Shown here: positions 41,557-51,505 of the stretch, in pieces
Position numbering within the stretch: position 1 is the stretch's first letter
Layout of the letters: every line of letters starts with the position of its first letter
NCBI GenBank assembly: GCA_040285745.1
Contig: JAUFOR010000003.1
Coordinates: 992,001-1,056,000 of the forward strand
DNA from: Barthelona sp. PCE
Lineage: Eukaryota
Reading direction: 5' to 3'
Length of the DNA stretch: 64,000 nt
Program-made: the position numbers and the translations under genes
The notes under the pieces: generated by a model
The model's database searches: none
Seen by the model: the letters and a program-made list of their open reading frames with translations, nothing else
What the model was told of the DNA's origin: nothing

Positions 41557-42513
41557 TCACATAAAGACAAAGCTCAACCCCATCGCACCAACGATAATAG
41601 ACGTTACTAAGTAAAAAACTCCTAAAGTTATGGGACTGACTCCTATCCATGTTGTAGTTGTTAGAACAACGCTTTTCTTACCGTCAAACGCATCCACAGG
41701 CCAATTATTGTCCAAGTTGATGGTGTACGTGCCTGGTGCGAGATCGCGGTCTATACGACCATAAAGCTTCATAAAGTTGGGAAGTGCGGCCACGCGCATC
41801 CAGTTCTTGAACCTAGGGTCCGTAACGTCAACCGACTGCTCCGATGATGTCTTGAACTTCGTATCGTCCGCCTTCCAACTGATGTTATCTGTTGATAACG
41901 TGACAGGGCTCGAAGAAGGATCCAAAAGCGAAAAAGTATCATTAAACACGGAGTTTGCCGTTAAACCACATGGGTTCAAAACCGGCTCGCTGTCTTTGTC
42001 GTTGATTGTACGCATGGGAAGGCAAAAATCAACGTCACTGTAGGTACGACCCGTAACACCCATCAGTTGATCATCATCGCGAGATTGTACGTATCTTCTG
42101 TGGTTCTGAAACACGTTCTCAAGCTTGTAGTAAAAGAATACAGGCTCCTTCATGATTTCTGAAATTGTAAACGTTGTAGTGCAAGAATCACCAATGTTGC
42201 AACCCGCAATTGATGAATACTCCACAGTTTTAGTGGATGAAGTGTTGCTCGAAAGAAGGAGCAACAAGCCCACGCAAAAAAGCACTAAAAATAACGAAAA
42301 AAAAGAGATGATTGCACAACTACGCTTAACTAATGGCCGCCATGCAGCTAGCCTCTGTTGCCTGAATGCAGTGTCTAAATGTGAGATCCAAATCGTTATG
42401 TTTAGGTGCAAGAAGTAAAGCATTCGACTAAAACGAATCCAAATGCTGTTTTCAACTTACAAAAAAAATATACCTTTGGGACGCCTATATGATGGAAGAA
42501 AGCTCTCCGTCAT
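41557..42513 (-). CDS. CDC50: CDC50/LEM3 flippase beta subunit; exons 42474-42513 and 41557-42374
   Basis: Spliced RRPKDTAFRQQRLAAW; FQNHRRYVQSRD, PCGLTANSVFND, WMRVAALPNF. Confidence 0.92.
42375..42473 (-). other. spliceosomal intron, 99 nt (CDC50)
   Basis: GTATAT...CTCACATTTAG; removal gives the conserved RRP..TAF.QQRL motif. Confidence 0.8.
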
Positions 42514-42692
42514 ATGTGTGACTATCGTAAAAACAAGCAAAAAAGGAAGAAAATGCTATAACCAGTTCAACACTTAATTTACAGACTATTCCGCCATCTA
42601 CCATGGAATTTTGACATTGATAACCCCAAGATTTAATGCTGAAAGTTGCATAACACTTTCCTAAAAATCTGAACAAACATGATCTGATTTAC

Positions 42693-44048
42693 TTACAGGT
42701 TAAAGAAGTTATCTTCAGCATAGAGGTCCTTGACACGCTCAACAAATGCCTCCTGGCTGAACATACTAGCATGTTCACGGCCTTGTGATCTGATATAATT
42801 GACGCATTCCTCCTCGATACCCATCCTTATGAACTCTGCGTATTCCTCTTCGCTTTCCGCCAACTGCCCGCATCCTGGCTTCACAATATCCTGTTTAGGA
42901 CCTCCACTGTTATGAGCAATGGTATACAAACCAGCTGCAAGATACTCAACAACTGCTATTCCAAAGTGCTCTCTCACCATAGCGTGAATGCCAACCTTTG
43001 CCTCACCAAGGCGCTTCAAGAGCTCGCTAAAGGGTATGTTGACTAAAATCTCAAGGTTATCGCTGATACCCAACGTCTTTGCACGGCTCTTCAATACTGA
43101 TACGAGCTCATGGTCCGCTTCGGCACGACATGACCCAATCAGGACGAGTTTGGTGTCCTTTGCGACTCGTGTATCCTCCAAAAAGGCTGCAAACGCATCC
43201 AGTATAAGGCGATGATTCTTTTCCGGACGGAACTGCCCAACTGACACAATAGTGTTGCTCCTGTTATGGAAAGGGAGCGCCTCGAACGCAGCGGTATCAC
43301 AAGGAGGAAAGACCTTATGAATCTTTCGATCAACACGGCCCCAAAGCTGCTCAACGTGGGACTCTGTCCATGAACTGTTCACCATAACGTGATCGCAACA
43401 GTAGGAGACCCAGCGGTAAAGGCGGGCGAATGTCTTATAATAAACGAGCTTGAGGTTGACAAACAAGCGAAGTCTCGCAAAGAGAGGACGGTTGTTATAC
43501 TGAATCTGACCTGTTTTGACAACTGTAATCATATCCATGGAGATCGTGGGGTAGTGTGTGTAGCACCCCACACGGCAGCCACCCACAAGCTTGAAAACGG
43601 GGTATGTGAAAGCATATCCCATACTATCGATGACGTAGTCGGGTCTCATACGCAGCAGGCATTCGAATGCGGTGAACATGGAGAACACTGACTGCAAAAA
43701 CAGCGTCAGGAAAGGGAAATGACGATGTTCACATAAGAAGGTTGTCTTAATGAAGATAAAATTCACAGGATGATGTAACTTGATGCCAAACACGTCATAT
43801 GCTTTCTGGAGGATATCTTCTGGTGTCTCATCACCGCGTTTTCCCGTAAAAACGGTAATATTGGCTTTCTCACCCAAGGATTCCTGAATAGCCTTAATCA
43901 TAAAGAAAAGGACGCGCTCACCGCCACCACCATCGTTAGCGAATGGATGGAAGAATGCTATAGCCCCTTTTTGATGTCGAAATACTCGAATGTATATTAT
44001 TAAGGAAACAAGCGTAATGCCCAAGAATGCCAATATACTCAGAAGCAT
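42693..44048 (-). CDS. ALG11: alpha-1,2-mannosyltransferase ALG11
   Basis: FFHPFANDGGGGERVL, DSMGYAFT, YTHYPTIS, NSSWT, QFRPEKNH, EHFGIAVVE. Confidence 0.96.
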   Translation of the reverse strand: MLLSILAFLGITLVSLIIYIRVFRHQKGAIAFFHPFANDGGGGERVLFFMIKAIQESLGEKANITVFTGKRGDETPEDILQKAYDVFGIKLHHPVNFIFIKTTFLCEHRHFPFLTLFLQSVFSMFTAFECLLRMRPDYVIDSMGYAFTYPVFKLVGGCRVGCYTHYPTISMDMITVVKTGQIQYNNRPLFARLRLFVNLKLVYYKTFARLYRWVSYCCDHVMVNSSWTESHVEQLWGRVDRKIHKVFPPCDTAAFEALPFHNRSNTIVSVGQFRPEKNHRLILDAFAAFLEDTRVAKDTKLVLIGSCRAEADHELVSVLKSRAKTLGISDNLEILVNIPFSELLKRLGEAKVGIHAMVREHFGIAVVEYLAAGLYTIAHNSGGPKQDIVKPGCGQLAESEEEYAEFIRMGIEEECVNYIRSQGREHASMFSQEAFVERVKDLYAEDNFFNL

Positions 44049-44138
44049 TGATAGCGACTATTCTACTGATGAAAATGGAAAAATATACTTAAACAACCCA
44101 GAAAGACCGTTTGTGTTTTGAATCGTTTATTCATCTTA

Positions 44139-46385
44139 ATGTCCGTGCCTCGTAGCGTTTTCCCAAACGCACTGCACAAGGGCCCGTTTATACACGAGCA
44201 CAAAACCTTCGATACTTCATCAAATTTTATTTCGCAACTTCTGTCTCTTGAAAGATGCCCAAACTATCAATCAGTTGGTGTATTTGGGGGGATATCAGTG
44301 GGGAAAACAGCACTTATCGATCATATACTGTCCCACAACCACGAACTTACGAAGGGTTTTTCTAATACTCATAAACTGTGTTCTGAGATGTGCACAACAA
44401 CGCACATCTCTTTTACGACCGCTTTAGGCAGTACTGCTCAGGGAAAATCAGCCCTGCTTACACTGGTGGATACACCTGGGCATGCGGACCTATTCAGTGC
44501 CGCAACTCATATTCTACCCTTAATAGACGTGGGACTATACGTCGTGGATGTTGTGGAAGGTGTTAACATATATGCTCATCGTATGATACGGGAATTGATG
44601 AGCGCACGCGTCCCAATCATTTTTGTGATTAACAAAATAGATAAACTCTTTCTAGAGCAGAAGATGGCTCCAGAAAATGCATTCAACAAGCTAAATTCTG
44701 TTGTCAACGACCTTCACTCCATTGTTAAGTTCGATACCAACAATCTAGCCTTGTCTTGCCTTAATTTCAATTGCCTCTTCACATTGGATGCCTTTAGAGC
44801 ACATTACTCCACTGACGCTATCGGTTGGGATTCCAACTTTCCAGATTTCGTTCTCCAACCGCTGTTCAAGTTGATGTCTTTCCCATTTCGGTATGAGGCT
44901 GAGGATCTTCCACGTGCCCTGAAACGCATTGGCTTCACCGTAACAAATGATATAATCCCGCTATCGGTTCACGAAAAGGTGAGCTATCTGCTGAGGTTGT
45001 TCTTGGGCGGAGGCTGGATAGAATCGATATTAGTACAGGTTGACCCCCGTGACACCTGCCCTGAGAAGCCCATGATGGTTCTCCTTGACAATGACAATGC
45101 ATATTCGGTGTGTAGATTCGCACGGCGAGTTAACAGAAAGAACTTCACTCTCGGCAGTCGCTGCATTCCGGACTGTGAGCTTTTCATACCACAGGGTCGC
45201 GCATACATGCCAGTCGATTCAGTCCCTGCTGGTGTCGTGTGCTGCATATGCGGAATCCACTCTCTCCCTCATGAAACCAATATGGGTAACCCAATGATGA
45301 CCGTTTCCATAGCACCAGAGGAGATTGGGCAGTACCACTCCCTTGCCGCGCACTGCTCTCTATTGGAACTCGTGCATCCTTCCGTTTCTGTAACCAAGAA
45401 CTGTGACGAAACGGAGCTAAGTCTGGCGGGTGGCGGCGAGTTCGATTTAAACGTATTTCTCCACGATCTCTCGTTCTTGATGCTGGAGGGTAACCAATCA
45501 TTCATTGTGAGCGACCCTCAGCCGGTTGTGAGGGAGACTGTTACAATCATCAGTCAAGTGTCAGCCGAAACAATCTCAAAGTATGGAAACTTTGTTTTGC
45601 GCACTGTTGCTGAACCTCATGTCAGACAGAGAAATGAGCCATCTTCGTACTTTAGATCAAACGTACTATCTGTCTCCCATGATTGCCTTCTTGTTATGGC
45701 CATTGTGCCTGTTGAATCAACGAAAGAGGCTGTAGTTGAAGCTGAAATGATGAGAACCGCCCTCAAAAACTGCAAGAAAACAATTGATGCAACTTTTGAA
45801 CGCTTTGTTAAATACGGTCCACTAACTCGCTCTCGTGTTTCCGGATGTATGTTCCACATCACAGGATTTGAGCGGTTTAGTCAGGGGGAGATTGACGCAG
45901 CTGAACTGAGTGAAGCCCTTACCAATTCACTAACAGCCGCATTCTATCTTGCTGAGCCACGGTTTCTTCTCAGTGAATATTTATTCGAGGTCATTTGCCC
46001 AACACAGAAGATTAAAACAGTGCGTAACATCGTTGAAAGAAGACCCTTTGCACGATATCGTACAGCACATAACATTGTAGGGACATCTCTTTCATACCTG
46101 CAGTTCAACCTTATATCGCTCGACGCCATTGGTATGGAGGTTGATATTCGCGCTGGGACTAATGGTGCTGCGTACATTAACAAGTATTCATCGCAGTTCA
46201 TGCTCCTTAACGCCGATCCACTAGATGCTCGTATTGTTATCGAGCCACTTGCAATTTCCTCTCAGCCGAAGCTGGGTAGGGAACTGTATATCAGACTACG
46301 CGGGCGTAGGGCAATCCCTCAGTTTGATATGGAGCGATACGTCAGCTCTGAGACATACACCACCATTAAAAGTCTTGGCCTTTGA
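44139..46385 (+). CDS. SNU114: U5 snRNP GTPase Snu114/EFTUD2, reduced and divergent
   Basis: GKT, DTPGH, DVVEGV, NKIDKLFLEQKMAPENAF, and the Snu114-type C-terminus DPLD...IEPL...LGREL...R.RR. Confidence 0.85.
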   Translation: MSVPRSVFPNALHKGPFIHEHKTFDTSSNFISQLLSLERCPNYQSVGVFGGISVGKTALIDHILSHNHELTKGFSNTHKLCSEMCTTTHISFTTALGSTAQGKSALLTLVDTPGHADLFSAATHILPLIDVGLYVVDVVEGVNIYAHRMIRELMSARVPIIFVINKIDKLFLEQKMAPENAFNKLNSVVNDLHSIVKFDTNNLALSCLNFNCLFTLDAFRAHYSTDAIGWDSNFPDFVLQPLFKLMSFPFRYEAEDLPRALKRIGFTVTNDIIPLSVHEKVSYLLRLFLGGGWIESILVQVDPRDTCPEKPMMVLLDNDNAYSVCRFARRVNRKNFTLGSRCIPDCELFIPQGRAYMPVDSVPAGVVCCICGIHSLPHETNMGNPMMTVSIAPEEIGQYHSLAAHCSLLELVHPSVSVTKNCDETELSLAGGGEFDLNVFLHDLSFLMLEGNQSFIVSDPQPVVRETVTIISQVSAETISKYGNFVLRTVAEPHVRQRNEPSSYFRSNVLSVSHDCLLVMAIVPVESTKEAVVEAEMMRTALKNCKKTIDATFERFVKYGPLTRSRVSGCMFHITGFERFSQGEIDAAELSEALTNSLTAAFYLAEPRFLLSEYLFEVICPTQKIKTVRNIVERRPFARYRTAHNIVGTSLSYLQFNLISLDAIGMEVDIRAGTNGAAYINKYSSQFMLLNADPLDARIVIEPLAISSQPKLGRELYIRLRGRRAIPQFDMERYVSSETYTTIKSLGL

Positions 46386-46393
46386 CTTTCACC

Positions 46394-48052
46394 TTAGAGA
46401 TATGTGCTTCCAATAGCTATTATGTCCTGCACGTTCTCGTATGGCCCGATTGTGTGAATATTAGTGTTTCTGAGATATTCCTCTTCTAGCTGCTTATCCA
46501 GCTTCAGCGATGATATTTCAAAGCAGGTGCCTTCACCGAGGAACATAGTAATGTAACGGGCAGCCGAGAATCGCTTCAAAAGGCGCTGAATCGCCATTTC
46601 TTTTTGAGCTTCAAAGCTATATATCATGTTGAAGGGAAAGAAAGGTTCTAGTTTTAGTAAACATGCAGACACCATAATATGTGGGATCGAGCGCTTACCG
46701 ACAAGTACAAGCGTTGGTGGATTCCCGTTTGTTGACTTATACGTTGACAGTCGTTGAATGAAGGCGGCAAAAAGTCTGAATCGATCACTAATTGCACCAT
46801 TAATCGCCTTGAGCGCCCGTGTACGCCCATTCAGCTGTCCCTCGATGAGATCTCTGTTCTTGCGCAATTGCTCATACCTCTGCTCGAGAGTTCTTATCTT
46901 TGGTACAGAGTCGGGTCTTAGCGAGCGGCGGACGTTGTCAATATTATCAAATCGCTGGATCTTCCCCTTTCCATTGGGAAATAAATACGCTGTAATAGGC
47001 TGCTTGATACTACGCACAACATGCACCGGTTCTATCAAGGCCTGTTGTGCACTTACTGTGTTGATTGGGAAGAGAGCGTCAATGTCAAAGATAAAAACGC
47101 TTGGTCCAGGTTGCCTCCCCTGATTCTGTTGTTCAACCACGGATGGAAACCACGGGTTATTCGTCCGCACACAATTGAGCAGCTCCACGATTCTGTGTGT
47201 GTTTTTGGCGTTACGGAACTGGACTAGGTCGTCTGCTACGTTCTTCTTGATCATGAAACGAAGGTTTCGAATGTTTGGATGAGGATCAATCAACGACATC
47301 ATCGTTCCATGCGACCGCTTGTTTTGAAGAAACTCTAACCGAGTGGTCAACCTGAAATGACGAACACTGAACTCTTGCTTCAGATATATTACGGTGTTGC
47401 GCAATTTCTTGACGATCTCTTCATTTGAAGTGAAGAAAACACGCAGTTCAGGAATTTGCCCACATATCTCAATGGTTTCCTCCAGTTCTGTTGCCATTTT
47501 CATCATAGAATCGCATGCTACGTGCCAAAGACCAAAGGAAAGATCTGGTTTTTTTGGTTCGCTCAAATTGAACTCAATTCTTCGCACATAGCGTTCCAAT
47601 GTCATTGTTACAAAGTGTGGGAGATGCATTATGCTCGTTTCAGGCATGTTGCGCTCAGGGTAATGAATAAGAAATGCCTTTAAAAACTTGATAATTCCTC
47701 GCATAAGATTTATCAACAAATGACCACGATTGCTTCCTAAAACATCCGAATACGACGTCCTGAACATTGCTGAAAGACGGCGAATCACATGTACAGGAAC
47801 CAAAAACATTCTTTCATTGGAAAATGAAAATTCCTTCGCATCTTTCGACTCCAGTGTCCATGAATTATTGAATATGTATTCGCACACCTGGTTAAGGTTC
47901 CTTGTATAAGACAAAAAGTCGTTTGGATGTTCAAAGGGATCAAGATTAGAAAAAACTTCTTTATCCTTACCGTGCTTGCCCAAATCACTGCGCCAATGTG
48001 TATAAATTTGCTTAAGAATCTTAACTATGTCAACATCTAAGTGCAAAACCAT
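46394..48052 (-). CDS. protein with C-terminal Eyes-absent (EYA)-like HAD domain
   Basis: VFIFDID (EYA VFIWDLD), LVLV...LEPFFPFNMIYS...KEMAIQRLLKRF...FLGEG (EYA FPIENIYS...KESCFERI..RF...IGDG). Confidence 0.6.
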   Translation of the reverse strand: MVLHLDVDIVKILKQIYTHWRSDLGKHGKDKEVFSNLDPFEHPNDFLSYTRNLNQVCEYIFNNSWTLESKDAKEFSFSNERMFLVPVHVIRRLSAMFRTSYSDVLGSNRGHLLINLMRGIIKFLKAFLIHYPERNMPETSIMHLPHFVTMTLERYVRRIEFNLSEPKKPDLSFGLWHVACDSMMKMATELEETIEICGQIPELRVFFTSNEEIVKKLRNTVIYLKQEFSVRHFRLTTRLEFLQNKRSHGTMMSLIDPHPNIRNLRFMIKKNVADDLVQFRNAKNTHRIVELLNCVRTNNPWFPSVVEQQNQGRQPGPSVFIFDIDALFPINTVSAQQALIEPVHVVRSIKQPITAYLFPNGKGKIQRFDNIDNVRRSLRPDSVPKIRTLEQRYEQLRKNRDLIEGQLNGRTRALKAINGAISDRFRLFAAFIQRLSTYKSTNGNPPTLVLVGKRSIPHIMVSACLLKLEPFFPFNMIYSFEAQKEMAIQRLLKRFSAARYITMFLGEGTCFEISSLKLDKQLEEEYLRNTNIHTIGPYENVQDIIAIGSTYL

Positions 48053-48078
48053 TGTGTTAATAAAAAAAGGGATGTAAA

Positions 48079-49257
48079 CTAACAAACGTGTTTATTTCTG
48101 GGTGACACAACTTCAAATGTCGCATCATCAAGATCAATATCAAGGCTATTTGGTGGCTCCGGTCTCTGATAATAAGCCTGCTTTCTCTGTTCGCGTATTC
48201 TTAAATCTGCAAAAATTTTAGGCCTCACCTGTGTTCTGATCTGTATCACCTTATTCCATGAGAACGTACCCATGCTTTTGAACGTCATGTCAAAGAGAGG
48301 TTGCTCTGCAATACATTTGTCCAGAGATCCTAAGATGTTGCTGGTGCTGGTCAAATCGGTTGTTCGCAACAAATGGTCCTGCATCAATCTAAGAATGGCA
48401 ACTCCCACTCTGAAAAGGATCTTTGGCCCTTCTGACACTATACAATCAATAATTCGGAACACACATGGTGGACTCAGGGTTTTTGAAAACAAACACATAA
48501 ACCAATCTGTGGTAAAGAAATTCAGTCCTGCGCCTTGTTTCTCAATGTGCTCTATCACAAATGCACATCCCTTCCACTTGGCGAGCTCGATAAGGACTTG
48601 TTGGTCGATTTGGACACCACTCAAATTTCCTTTATAGTAGTTCGGGGGGAGTTTATCAATTAGTGCTGTTAGAAGCCAAAAGCAATCCTCCTCTGTGATA
48701 TCTGTGTGTGCGAGGAAGACAAATACAATGTAGTTGAGCGATTGTGTGTATCCCAATGATGGATTGTGGAAACTATAAGCAACCAAAATGCGACGCATAC
48801 GTTCCAATATTCGTTTAGAATGGATATGTTGGTGTTTAGGGAAAGTACGGCGGAGATCGCTCTCTATAAGGTCGGTATAATCTGTTTTTCGGCTTGCATT
48901 GTTGACAACAAGCTGAGCATAATGGTCTACATTGGCCTCCCTAAGTCTGCGTGCCCCTGAAAGGGCCATCCATACACCTCCACGGTGTTCCACGGCAACA
49001 CCGTCACGAACGAGGGTTTTTGTACGCTTATCGAGTTGTAATCCACAGTACAAATCCGATGTGTTTGTTTTACGCTGAACATTTGATAAGTGTGCAATCC
49101 ATTTGCGCGACCGAGCAGGTTCAAGCTCACATGACCTTCTAAACGAAGATTCCATGAAAGGAGTCACATCATTGTACAGAAAGCCATACGGTCCCCAAAA
49201 CTCAGTTTCATCGTTTTCAGACAGCTCTGGTGGTAGTGGTGTGAAGAGCGATGCCAT
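48079..49257 (-). CDS. TBC-domain Rab GTPase-activating protein
   Basis: RGGVWMALSG, IESDLRRTFP (R finger), GYTQSLN (Q finger), WFMCLF. Confidence 0.92.
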   Translation of the reverse strand: MASLFTPLPPELSENDETEFWGPYGFLYNDVTPFMESSFRRSCELEPARSRKWIAHLSNVQRKTNTSDLYCGLQLDKRTKTLVRDGVAVEHRGGVWMALSGARRLREANVDHYAQLVVNNASRKTDYTDLIESDLRRTFPKHQHIHSKRILERMRRILVAYSFHNPSLGYTQSLNYIVFVFLAHTDITEEDCFWLLTALIDKLPPNYYKGNLSGVQIDQQVLIELAKWKGCAFVIEHIEKQGAGLNFFTTDWFMCLFSKTLSPPCVFRIIDCIVSEGPKILFRVGVAILRLMQDHLLRTTDLTSTSNILGSLDKCIAEQPLFDMTFKSMGTFSWNKVIQIRTQVRPKIFADLRIREQRKQAYYQRPEPPNSLDIDLDDATFEVVSPRNKHVC

Positions 49258-50056
49258 CCCATGCAATTTGTAACTGGAAAGAAATGGTATTACAATCTAA
49301 ACTTGCCTCCCTAAGCTTTTAACTTGTTGTAAAAGTATCTATCAAACTTTTTGACCAGAGCATGGATAATGTACTGTTCTAAATGCAAATAAATGTCAGT
49401 GTATATGTTTTGTTACACATATAAATTTTTAAGGTACTATATCTCTGAAGTAGATCTTTTAATTGATGCTTTTGAAGTGTTTATTCTTTTTTTAGTTGTA
49501 TTTATTGGTATAATAAAGTAAATGCTTTTATCATACTATATACTGCTTATTGGTGTATTTTAGCTTTGATTTAATATGTTCATATAAGTTTGACAAACTA
49601 TACACAACATAAAATTCCATTTGGGAAAACGGTACTGCAATATAAAAAAGTCGAAACTTAAATTTTGAACTGCTGCAAGGCACATAAACGTGTAAAATAC
49701 AGCAACCATTAACAAAAACGACTGTTTATCTTTGTAATTGTTAAAATTAAGCTTGTAGTAATGATATTCTTTCTTTACTTACATTATCAACTTTATATTT
49801 TTTTTATACCTTTAAAATGATATTTTATAATCATTGTAATATAAGAAAAATACTAAATAACAATTTATAACAAGAAAAAAAATGAAAATTTTTTTCTGGT
49901 AAATAGTCACCATACTTTCTATTTGAGGATAGTATGAATGGTTGTATCTATACAACCACTTAAAAATGCTTAATGGCCATGGTAATTTGTTTTTTCTATC
50001 TCGATTGTTATTCGTTATTCTACTAAATTAAATCATTGATGATTTCCGTAAAATTA

Positions 50057-50139
50057 GTCCCAATCGTATAGCGGTTTTATTACGGTAGCTTGCTAAGCTA
50101 TTGCCTTCGGGCTCCAGAGTTCGAATCTCTGTTGGGACG
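50057..50139 (+). tRNA. tRNA-Ser(GCT)
   Basis: Acceptor stem GTCCCAA/TTGGGAC, GTAGC TTGCTAA GCTAT, variable arm TGCCTTCGGGC, CAGAG TTCGAAT CTCTG, downstream T-run. Confidence 0.92.
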
Positions 50140-50587
50140 CTTTTTGGTTTAGTTTTTACTTTACCCTGCTTAACTTTAAGGGTGAATTACTTCAATAATT
50201 CTTCTCATTTTTTACATAATTTTATTTATTACAACCAAATACATAAGATTTCAAACCACTAAGTAACTTTTAATTCAATTTTTAAACTTCTTTAATTCAT
50301 TATACCAAACCCTTCTACAAGCTGAAATGACCTCCCTTTTTGTGTTGAATGAGAGACCAGTCAGAGAAGGAACCCAAAAACAAACTAGAATCAATAAAGT
50401 GTTTTTAAATCTTGTATGAACGCTTTATCTATGTTTATCTGTTCTCAGGTGGTCTAGTACAAATAAACATCGTTACTCAGAGCATCCACATATCTTCACA
50501 GAAGCAAATTTGTAGAAGAAATTTGCATATTGTTATTCATCCTATAACGTTTCTTTAAGTCTCTTAAGAACTTGTTTAATAGTAGAT

Positions 50588-51155
50588 ATGAAATTCACAG
50601 CCCTCTTTTTATTGATCTGCACAGCTGCAATGACTTCAGCTTTTACAGTGCAACCCTGCATCGGCGGAAAAGACGCCATGCACAGCTTCATGCCCTTCCC
50701 AACCCCCATCGCCAAGGTCGCTCTTGCCCGTTCCTACAAGGACGTCAAGATGAGACTGCTCAGCATTCGTGAGGAATCTCACAGTTCTTCATGGAATGTT
50801 GGTCTTGGTGTAACATATCAGGGCGTCACAGCTGACTTTAAGCTCGGTCATTCCAAGCAGGATCAACTCAAGCTCACTGATGATGACAGTTTTGAAATTG
50901 GAGAGGTTTCACTCTCTTCTGATGAGTCTTATATCGCATTATACGGGCTATGGTGTTCTAGATGTGGAGCAATGTATGACAAAAAAAACTGAGAAAAAAA
51001 AGAAAAAATTTTTCTCGCATTATGATGGAATATAACTAATTTTTAGGGTTACTATGAATACTTCTGAGCTTGGTGACGTCAAATCCTTCATTGAGGATAC
51101 TGTCGACCCCGTTGATCTCATGCTTCAAGTAATTAAGGATCACAAGCGCCATTAA
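50588..51155 (+). CDS. secreted hypothetical protein, 164 aa; exons 50588-50973 and 51047-51155
   Basis: Signal peptide MKFTALFLLICTAAMTSA; splicing extends the frame to ...MVTMNTSELGDVKSFIEDTVDPVDLMLQVIKDHKRH. Confidence 0.7.
50974..51046 (+). other. spliceosomal intron, 73 nt
   Basis: GTATGA...ACTAATTTTTAG, AT-rich, same signature as the other three introns; in-frame join. Confidence 0.75.
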
Positions 51156-51505
51156 GCTTTCAAATTGGTTACTCAAAACCATGATCGTTTTCGAGCACGC
51201 TTTATAATAAAATTTTCGAGAAATATAGCAGTATGAAAAGGTAAGGATTTGATTGAGGGTTATTTTCGGATCTGTATCAAAGCTGACACAGGCATTTGAT
51301 ATGCTATATCATATATGAATGTAACATTCTTGTAATCAATTAAAGAAATTCTTTGAGGAGTTGCCTGTGAAAAATTACTCCAGCATACAAATATTTTGGT
51401 ATTTTTTAAAAACTTTTGTATTTGACCGATTGAATGTACATTATCTAGTTAAAAATAGCTTTTCAAAAATGTTTTTCTTTTTTCGCCATATTCAGACATA
51501 TTCCT

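Noticed and set aside
49911-49958. Two adjacent hairpins (CATACT/AGTATG; TGGTTGTAT/ATACAACCA) upstream of tRNA-Ser(GCT)
   Set aside because: They are short, lie in AT-rich DNA and have no convincing U3, snoRNA or element-end motifs.
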